Source of the DNA: Phycisphaerae bacterium
Lineage (GTDB): Bacteria; Planctomycetota; Phycisphaerae; UBA1845; Fen-1342
NCBI GenBank assembly: GCA_963675745.2
Contig: CAXXWX010000016.1
Span: forward strand, 1-64,000
Length of the DNA stretch: 64,000 bases
Reading direction: 5' to 3'
In this document: piece by piece, positions 56,823 to 64,000 of the stretch
How positions within the stretch are numbered: the stretch's first letter is position 1
Layout of the letters: each line of letters starts with the position of its first letter
Program-made: the position numbers and the translations under genes
Notes under the pieces: generated by a model
Database searches by the model: none
The model's input: only the letters and a program-made list of their open reading frames with translations
Told to the model about the DNA's origin: nothing

Positions 56823-58043
56823 ATGACTGCCGACCACCCCCCGCTGCCGTCGGACCAGGATTCCACCGGCCGACAACTGGGTGAAGAAGAAATCCAGCGC
56901 CTGGCCGATGTGATTCGCTCAGGTACCTTGACCAGCACCCGGGGCACCCAGGTCAAGCAACTTCAGGAGCAACTCGCCGGCCTGTTCGGCGTGAAATACG
57001 CCTACGCGTGTACGTCGGGCACGGCGGCGATTCACACCGCGGTCGCCGCGATCAATCCTGAACCGGGCGACGAGATCATCACGACGTCGGTGACCGACAT
57101 GGGCGCCCTGACGCCGATCCTGTACCAGGGCGCGATTCCGGTCTTCGCCGACATCGATCCCCACACGTACAACGTCACCGCCGAGACCATTGAGGCACGC
57201 CTCAGCGAACGCACCAGAGCCATCATCGTCACGCACCTGTTCGGCAATCCGTGCGAGATGGACAGGATTATGGCGGTTGCGGACAAGGCGGGTGTCCCGG
57301 TGATAGAGGATGCCGCGCAGGCCTATCTGGCGCGCAGCCAGGGCCAACTGGTGGGCACGGCCGGCGCGATCGGCTGCTTCAGCCTCCAGCAGGGAAAGCA
57401 CATCACCACCGGCGAGGGCGGTTTCGTCCTTACCGATGACGATGCCCTCGCCCGCCGCATGTTTCTGTTCATCAACAAGGCCTGGGGCTACGGCGACGCA
57501 AAGCCGGACCATTACTTCCTGTCGCTCAACTATCGAACCAGTGAGCTTGAAGGCGCGGTGGCGGTGGCGCAGCTGGGCAAGCTGCCTGCCGCTGTCGAGC
57601 ACCGCCGCGCAATGGCCGCGATGCTCACCGAGTCGCTGGGCGACATCGAGGAAATCGAGACACCGGTGGCTCGCGAAGGGGACGAACACACCTATTGGCG
57701 TTACGCGCTGCGTGTGTCTGACATGGTCGGCGGCCCCACCGCCATGGCCACGGCGTTGAAGGAGCTCGGTGTGCCGTCGGGCCCGCGGTACATCCAGAAA
57801 CCCGCGTTCCAGTGCCAGGTTTTTGCCGAGCAGCGCACGTTCGGTGACAGTCGCTGGCCATTCACGCTCGCCCGGCCCGAGGCCGTCGATTACACGCCGC
57901 AGAACTTTCCCGGCACGTTCGACGCCCTTAACCACGTTCTCGTATTGCCGTTCAACGACCGTTTCATGGATCAGCACGTCCGGCGAATCGCCGATGCCGT
58001 CAAATCGTCAATCCAGAACATGCGTCAGGAGCAATTGTCATGA
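56823..58043 (+). CDS. DegT/DnrJ/EryC1/StrS family aminotransferase
   Basis: SGTAAIH, HLFGNP, IEDAAQA, FSLQQGKHITTGEGG, NYR. Confidence 0.93.
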   Translation: MTADHPPLPSDQDSTGRQLGEEEIQRLADVIRSGTLTSTRGTQVKQLQEQLAGLFGVKYAYACTSGTAAIHTAVAAINPEPGDEIITTSVTDMGALTPILYQGAIPVFADIDPHTYNVTAETIEARLSERTRAIIVTHLFGNPCEMDRIMAVADKAGVPVIEDAAQAYLARSQGQLVGTAGAIGCFSLQQGKHITTGEGGFVLTDDDALARRMFLFINKAWGYGDAKPDHYFLSLNYRTSELEGAVAVAQLGKLPAAVEHRRAMAAMLTESLGDIEEIETPVAREGDEHTYWRYALRVSDMVGGPTAMATALKELGVPSGPRYIQKPAFQCQVFAEQRTFGDSRWPFTLARPEAVDYTPQNFPGTFDALNHVLVLPFNDRFMDQHVRRIADAVKSSIQNMRQEQLS

Positions 58044-59038
58044 CGCCTCTACGAATCGGCCTGATTGGCGCGGGGGCAATCGCGCCGGCCTATGTCCAGG
58101 CAATCGGTGAGTCGCCGGAATGTGAAATCCGCGGCATCGCGGACATCTGCGACGATTCGGCACGCGCCATGGCGCAGAGTGCCCATTGCCCCGCGTTTCC
58201 CTCGGTGGCCAAGCTGCTCAGCGAGACAGTGTGTGATGCGGCCATCGTCTGCACACCGCCCAACACGCACGCCACCATCTGCCGCACGCTGCTGGAACGC
58301 CACATTCCCGTGCTTTGCGAGAAGCCGCTCTGTCTGCACGTGGAAGATGCGGTGCTGCTGACAGAGCTGGCAGCCCGTGAAAACGTGCTGTTCACGATGG
58401 CGACCAAGTTCCGCTTCGTGAAAGACGTCATCGAAGCGCGCGGCATGGTCGCGTCCGGCGCGATCGGAGATGTGCTGCTGTTCGAAAACGCGTTCACGTC
58501 GCGTGTCGACATGAGCCATCGGTGGAACAGTGACCCGGCCGCAAGTGGCGGCGGCGTGATCGTCGACAACGGAACGCACTCGGTCGATCTGGTGCGCTAT
58601 TTCCTCGGACCGATCAAGGCGGTACAGGCGATTGTCGGCCGGCGTATACAGGATATAGAGGTTGACGACAGTGCCCAGATGTGGCTTCAGACGCACGACA
58701 ACGTTATCGCCACGATCGACCTGTCGTGGAGCCTGAACAAGGATCTGGAGTCGTTCATCCAGGTTTACGGGTCCAAGGGCACCATCCGCGTCGGCTGGCG
58801 CACTTCGGTGTTCAAGGACGCCTCCAGCAGCACATGGACCGCTTTCGGTTCGGGTTATGACAAGATTCAGGCGTTCCGCAGCCAGATCCGCAACTTCTGC
58901 CGCGCCGTGCGCGGTGAAGAGGACGTGCTCGTAACGCACGCCGACGCTTTGGCATCCGTACGCGTCATCGAAGCGGCATACCTCTCGCTGCACCAGAACA
59001 ACTGGGTCGACGTCGGTAAGTCACTGGTGCCGGTATGA
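58040..59038 (+). CDS. Gfo/Idh/MocA family oxidoreductase
   Basis: IGLIGAGAIA, VCTPPNTH, VLCEKP, GGGVIVDNGTH..D. Confidence 0.92.
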   Translation: MTPLRIGLIGAGAIAPAYVQAIGESPECEIRGIADICDDSARAMAQSAHCPAFPSVAKLLSETVCDAAIVCTPPNTHATICRTLLERHIPVLCEKPLCLHVEDAVLLTELAARENVLFTMATKFRFVKDVIEARGMVASGAIGDVLLFENAFTSRVDMSHRWNSDPAASGGGVIVDNGTHSVDLVRYFLGPIKAVQAIVGRRIQDIEVDDSAQMWLQTHDNVIATIDLSWSLNKDLESFIQVYGSKGTIRVGWRTSVFKDASSSTWTAFGSGYDKIQAFRSQIRNFCRAVRGEEDVLVTHADALASVRVIEAAYLSLHQNNWVDVGKSLVPV

Positions 59039-59649
59039 CCACACGCGTGCATCCCACGGCGTTAATCGAAGACGGCGTCGAAATCGGGGATGGCACGGCG
59101 GTCTGGGACAGTGTCCACATTCGCGGCCCATCCCGCGTCGGCCGTGAGTGCATCATCGGGGAGAAATCCTACATCGCCTACGGCGTCAGCATCGGCGACC
59201 GCGTCAAGATCAACGCCCTTGTGTATGTCTGCACCGCCGTAACGATCGAGGATGGGGTCATGATCAGCGCGGGAACGACGTTTACCAACGATCGTTATCC
59301 ACGCGCGACCACGCCCGATCTGGCGGAACTGCGCGCATCGGAGCCGGACGAGGAAACAGAGGCGACGCTGGTTGGCCAGGGAGCAACCATCGGCGCGCGG
59401 GCCGTGATCGGCCCCGGGCTGAGGATCGGGCGTTTCGCGATGGTTGGCATGGGTAGTGTCGTGACGCGTGACGTGCCGGACTTTCATCTGGTTGTCGGCC
59501 ACCCCGCCGAGTCAATCGGTGCCGTATGCCGCTGCGGCTGGCCCATAGTGCGCGCCGGCGCCGGATTCCCCGCGGAATCAACGACACTGACTTGCGAACG
59601 CTGCGCGTGCCGCTACACGGTTGCTGGCGCGCTGGTCCGCGAGCTGTAG
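59035..59649 (+). CDS. Hexapeptide-repeat N-acetyltransferase (WbpD-like) with a C-terminal Cys cluster
   Basis: VHPTALI, FTNDRYPR, GSVVTRDVP...VGHPA, CRCG...CERC. Confidence 0.9.
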   Translation: MTTRVHPTALIEDGVEIGDGTAVWDSVHIRGPSRVGRECIIGEKSYIAYGVSIGDRVKINALVYVCTAVTIEDGVMISAGTTFTNDRYPRATTPDLAELRASEPDEETEATLVGQGATIGARAVIGPGLRIGRFAMVGMGSVVTRDVPDFHLVVGHPAESIGAVCRCGWPIVRAGAGFPAESTTLTCERCACRYTVAGALVREL

Positions 59650-59710
59650 ACCGCCGCCCTCGACGCGAGAAAGCGGCGGCCGATACACATGCGCTGCTGT
59701 GCGTGACGAC

Positions 59711-61051
59711 ATGAGTCAGCGTTGGGCAATCGTGGGCGGGGGCTTGATGGGCTTGACGCTCGCGTTGCGCCTGGCGCAGAACCGTCACAAGGTGACGCTC
59801 TTTGAAGCGGCGTCTGAAATCGGCGGACTGGCCGCGGCCTGGACGCTGGATGGAGTCACGTGGGACAAGCACTATCACGTGACATTGCTCTCGGACACCT
59901 GGACGCGCGCGATTCTGCGCGAGCTGGATCTCGATTCCCAGGTGCGCTGGGTGGAAACAAAGACGGCGTTCTTTGCCGATGGACGCCTGTCACCACTGTC
60001 AAACGCACTCGATTACCTGCGCCTGCCGGTGATGGGCACGATCAGCAAACTGCGCCTCGCGGCCACGATTATCCACGCTTCGCGCGTGCGCGGCTGGCAG
60101 CGCCTCGAACAGATGCCCGTGCGCGATTGGCTGCGTCGCTGGTCGGGAAGCCGTGCGTTTGACCGCCTGTGGCAACCGCTGCTCAAGGCCAAGCTGGGCG
60201 AGGAGTATCAGCGCGCCTCCGCCGCGTTCATCTGGGCCACGATTCAGCGGCTGTATGCCGCGCGGCGTACGGGGCTGAAGAAGGAAATGCTGGGCTATGT
60301 GCCGGGCGGCTACAGCACGACGTTGCAACGCTTTGCCGGGCGACTCAGCGCGCTTGGCGTGGACCTGCGCCTGGGGACGCCAGTTGACCGGATCGAGCGC
60401 GCCGGCATCCGCCTGCGCGTGGTCACGCCCGACGCAGATGAGAACTTCGATCGCGTGGTGGTGACCACCACGCCAGCGCTTGCGAGCCGAATGTGCGTTG
60501 ACCTCACACAACATGAGCGCCAGTGCCTGGCGTCCATCGACTATCAGGGCATCGTCTGCGCGGCGGTGCTGCTGGAGCGCCCGCTGGGCGACTGCTACCT
60601 GACGTATCTTGCTGAAGAGGGTCTGCCCATTACCGCCGTTGTCGACATGACGGCCCTGGCCGAGCCGGACCAGTTCGACGGATGTGGGTTGGTATACCTG
60701 CCGCGTTACTCGCACCACAGCGAACCGATCTTTGAGGAGTCCGACAAGGCGATAGAGAGCAGGTTTCTGGGAGCACTGGCACGCGTGTACCCGAGCTTTC
60801 AACGCGACCAGGTGCGCTGCTGCCGGATATCACGCGTCCGCGAGGTTTTCCCGATCCCCACCCTCGGTTACTCAACGCGCGTGCCCAGCCCATCGACCTC
60901 CATTCCGGGCCTGCATATCATCAATTCAGCGCACATCATCAACGGGACGCTCAATGTGAACGACACCGTCCGAGTCGCGGAGCGGGAGGCGCGTGTCTTG
61001 ATCGAGACGGATGGTCTGGCGACTGCACCTGCTACGGGGGCTGCCGGATGA
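59711..61051 (+). CDS. FAD-dependent oxidoreductase (amine oxidase/HemY-like fold)
   Basis: IVGGGLMGL, FEAASEIGGLA, WDKHYH. Confidence 0.85.
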   Translation: MSQRWAIVGGGLMGLTLALRLAQNRHKVTLFEAASEIGGLAAAWTLDGVTWDKHYHVTLLSDTWTRAILRELDLDSQVRWVETKTAFFADGRLSPLSNALDYLRLPVMGTISKLRLAATIIHASRVRGWQRLEQMPVRDWLRRWSGSRAFDRLWQPLLKAKLGEEYQRASAAFIWATIQRLYAARRTGLKKEMLGYVPGGYSTTLQRFAGRLSALGVDLRLGTPVDRIERAGIRLRVVTPDADENFDRVVVTTTPALASRMCVDLTQHERQCLASIDYQGIVCAAVLLERPLGDCYLTYLAEEGLPITAVVDMTALAEPDQFDGCGLVYLPRYSHHSEPIFEESDKAIESRFLGALARVYPSFQRDQVRCCRISRVREVFPIPTLGYSTRVPSPSTSIPGLHIINSAHIINGTLNVNDTVRVAEREARVLIETDGLATAPATGAAG

Positions 61052-62067
61052 ACAAACCCCCCGCCAGCGTGTCGTTGGATCTGGACAACCTCTGGTCATA
61101 CCTGAAGACGCATGGCGACGCCGGTTGGCAGTCGTTTCCAAGCTATTTCGACACGCTCGCGCCGCACGTTCTGGACTGGTTGGCGCGGAACAAGCTACGT
61201 ATCACATTCTTTGTGGTCGGTCAGGATGCGGCCCTGGCCAGAAACCGTGAGGCGTTGCGCCGGATCGCCGACGCCGGCCACGAGATCGGCAACCACTCGT
61301 TTCATCACGAGCCGTGGTTGCACTTGCGCCCGCGCGCCGAGCTCAACGCGGAACTGGCCCGCGCCGAGGAAGCGATCGAGACGGCCACCAGCGCCCGCAC
61401 GAGCGTGTTTCGCGGGCCGGGTTACAGTTGCTCGAATGTCCTGCTCGACGTGCTCCAGCGGCGCGGCTATCGCTGTGACGCTTCCACCTTGCCAACCTGG
61501 ATGGGGCCGTTGGCCCGGCGTTACTATTTCATGCGCGCATCACTGACGCCGGAAGAACGCCGCGAGCGCGCGAGGTTGTTTGGCACGTTTGGGGATGGAC
61601 TGCGTCCCATTCGTCCGTATCACTGGACGATGCCGGCGGGCAAGTTGCTGGAAATCCCCGTGACGACGATGCCGCTGTGCCGAGTCCCCTTTCACGTGAG
61701 CTACGTGCTCTATCTGAGCACCTACTCGCCGCGGCTGGCGCGCACGTATTTCCGCACAGCGCTTGCCCTGTGCCGCTGTGCCGGTGTGGAACCCTCGCTC
61801 CTGCTGCACCCGCTGGACTTCCTGGGCGGCGATGAGATTTCCGAGTTGCGCTTCTTCCCCGCCATGAACTTACCGGGAGCTCTGAAGCGCGAACGTGTCG
61901 CGCGCTACATAGGCGACCTGGCGCGGCAATTCGAGATAGTTGATATGGGTACGCACGCCGAGCGTTTGGAGCAGCGCGGAAACCTCCGCTCGCGTCGGCC
62001 CAATCTGCCCGCGACGACCGGTTGGAAAAAGGCCGGTGGCGGGCGGCAATGTGTGGATGCCGGTTAG
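61048..62067 (+). CDS. Polysaccharide deacetylase family protein
   Basis: SLDLDN, TFFVVG, GHEIGNHS..H, FRGPG, LLHPLD. Confidence 0.88.
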   Translation: MNKPPASVSLDLDNLWSYLKTHGDAGWQSFPSYFDTLAPHVLDWLARNKLRITFFVVGQDAALARNREALRRIADAGHEIGNHSFHHEPWLHLRPRAELNAELARAEEAIETATSARTSVFRGPGYSCSNVLLDVLQRRGYRCDASTLPTWMGPLARRYYFMRASLTPEERRERARLFGTFGDGLRPIRPYHWTMPAGKLLEIPVTTMPLCRVPFHVSYVLYLSTYSPRLARTYFRTALALCRCAGVEPSLLLHPLDFLGGDEISELRFFPAMNLPGALKRERVARYIGDLARQFEIVDMGTHAERLEQRGNLRSRRPNLPATTGWKKAGGGRQCVDAG

Positions 62068-62097
62068 TGTACCGAGACCCGGAGCGGCTCTGGAGAA

Positions 62098-63809
62098 TGA
62101 GTGCCGATCAACACAACGCAAAGGGTCATACCCACCTGCTGACGATAGCGGTCGAGGACTACTTCCACGCGACCGCGGTCCGGCGCGCGCTCAAGAGCCA
62201 TCATCGCCGCCGGCTCGAAACCCGCCTCCAACGCAACCTTGAGCGGGCCTTTGCCCTGCTCGACGAGTTCGACATTCGGGCCACGTTTTTCGTACTCGGC
62301 TGTGTCGCGGAGAGCCATGCCGGCGCCGTGCGGGCGATCGCCGATGCGGGGCACGAGGTCGCGGCGCGCAGTTGGGACCATCGCTCGATTCATGACTTTG
62401 AGCCCACACACTTCCGCGCCGACGTTCGCCGCAGCCGGCAGGCACTTGAGCAGGCCGCGGGGGCCCCCGTGCGCGGCTATCGCATCGCCGAACGCCGCTT
62501 TCGCTCGGCCGATTACTGGGCGATGGATGTGCTGGCCGAGGAGGGTTTCACCTACGACTCCAGCATTTACCCGCGGTTTCAGGAGCTGCGTTGCGAACCC
62601 TGGCGCCGTTTTCCGCACTGCCATCGCTGCGACGGTCACGAGATCATCGAGTGTCCGCTCTCTTCCTGGGGGCCGAACTGGTTTCTTCTGCCGCTGGCGG
62701 GTGGCAACTCGATCCGGCAACTGCCGACGACGTTCGTGCGCCGCGCCGTCGCCGACTGGTCGGCACGCTATCCGCACCCCTTCAATATGTACTTCAACAT
62801 CTGGGAACTCGACCCGGACCTGCCACGCCTGGCCATCGGCGGCCTGATCACACGACTGCGCCAGTACCGCAACCTTCAGCGCATGCCGCACCTGCTGCGC
62901 TATTTCCTCAAGCGTTATGACTTCGAGCCGATCATCACCTACCTCGAGCGCTCAACCCTGTGCCGGACGCCGGGGGTGTGTGCGGAGCCGGACACCGCCG
63001 GCGCGACAGACTCAGCGCCGGCGGCGGCCCCCGAACCGATCATCGCACCGGCCCGATCACCGGTCCCGGCTGCGAACCTGGAGTCGTTTTCGGTGGTGAT
63101 ACCTTGCTATAACGAGGAGGCCGTGCTCTCGTACACGCAGAGGGCTCTCGCTGAGCTGGCCGAGATCCTCGAGCCGCGCCCAATCCAGTACATCTTTGTC
63201 GACGACGGCAGCGACGATGGGACGCAAGCGCTCCTGTACTACCTCTTCGGCGGCCGCAAGGACTGCACCATCATCGAGCACACCACCAACCGGGGCGTCA
63301 CGGCGGCGATTATGACCGGCATGCACGCCGCGCAAACCGATGTCGTCGGCTCGATGGACTGCGACTGCACCTATGACACGCGGGTGTTTGCGCGGCTGCT
63401 CCCCATGTTGGCGGATGATGTCGCCATGGTCACCTGTTCCCCTTATCACCCCGATGGTGAAGTCCACAACGTTCCGGGCTGGCGGCTGTTCCTTTCCAAA
63501 ACTCTATCGCGCGCCTATCGACTGCTGCTGCGCAACAAGCTGCACACATTCACCAGTTGCTGCCGCGTGTACCGCAAGTCGGCCCTGAATGGATTGCAGA
63601 TCAGGGCCGGCGGCTTCCTCGGGATGGCCGAGATGGTCGCCGCGCTAGATCGCAACGGCGCGGTGATCCGTGAGTGCCCGGCCGTGCTCGAATCGCGCAT
63701 TCTGGGGACGTCAAAGATGCGCACGTTGCGCACGATTTTCGCGCACATCGGATTGCTGGCGCGCCTGACCGGCAAGCGGCTCATCCGACCCTTCAGACGC
63801 GCCCAGTGA
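62098..63809 (+). CDS. Fusion of an XrtA-system-type polysaccharide deacetylase (DUF3473-like) and a GT2 glycosyltransferase
   Basis: N-half LTIAVEDYF, ATFFVLG, YDSSIYP, GGNSIR, YFNIWELDP; Pro/Ala linker; C-half VVIPCYNEE, FVDDGS, MDCDCTY. Confidence 0.85.
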
Positions 63810-63838
63810 CGGTGAGCGGGCGGCCGCAACGCTTGCAG

Positions 63839-64000
63839 TCAGGAAGGTGCCGTAGTTGCCGTGGGGGAACCGACATATCGATAAAGATAACGCGGCCAGC
63901 GGTGATCGTAGCGGCAGGGCAATCCGCGCAAGGCGCGAAACCGGTCGCCGAAGTCTTGCTGTAGCTCGTAGCGGCTTTCAAGAAATTCCAGGAAATGTCG
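63839..64000 (-). CDS. C-terminal end of a gene entering from beyond the window
   Basis: Open frame RHFLEFLESRYELQQDFGDR...TTAPS* ending at TGA 63839, convergent with the GT2 fusion. Confidence 0.45.
   Translation of the reverse strand, partial: RHFLEFLESRYELQQDFGDRFRALRGLPCRYDHRWPRYLYRYVGSPTATTAPS

Overview
GC-rich bacterial DNA whose gene content points to Planctomycetota, probably Phycisphaerae. This placement is inferred from dockerin-like Ca-binding C-termini, a PEP-CTERM protein, a zinc-ribbon membrane protein and a long-form ThiE. Most of the window is housekeeping and envelope genes: spoVR, rlmI-like methylase, pntAA/pntAB/pntB, nadD, larE, NAD kinase, a multiheme cytochrome c, trpB, a PilT-like ATPase, mscS, dGTPase, thiE, tRNA-Sec and an amino-sugar/polysaccharide operon. 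Several families of palindromic REP/IS200-end-like repeats are scattered through the intergenic DNA. Two accessory regions stand out. (1) At 758-3899 a three-gene minus-strand operon encodes a small Bell/HeLL-like protein, an effector-less NB-ARC NTPase and a separately encoded array of highly similar TPR repeats. The C-terminus of the small protein and the N-terminus of the NB-ARC protein share the motif N-x-G-T-I-x-N-x-N-x-F, the hallmark of NLR-associated amyloid signalling, here apparently with a split receptor. (2) At about 31100-35580 an islet carries an AbiU2-like HEPN protein, a zeta-like ATPase with a small partner, and a membrane-protein gene bracketed by a 113-bp duplication of a glycosyltransferase 3' end. 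Also noted: a candidate ~130-nt structured RNA upstream of the TPR-nadD genes, a BlaI/BlaR1 pair with EF-hand-like motifs and a visible operator, and two genes with 1-nt frameshifts that may be assembly errors. All product calls come from motif recognition by eye; no database searches were run.
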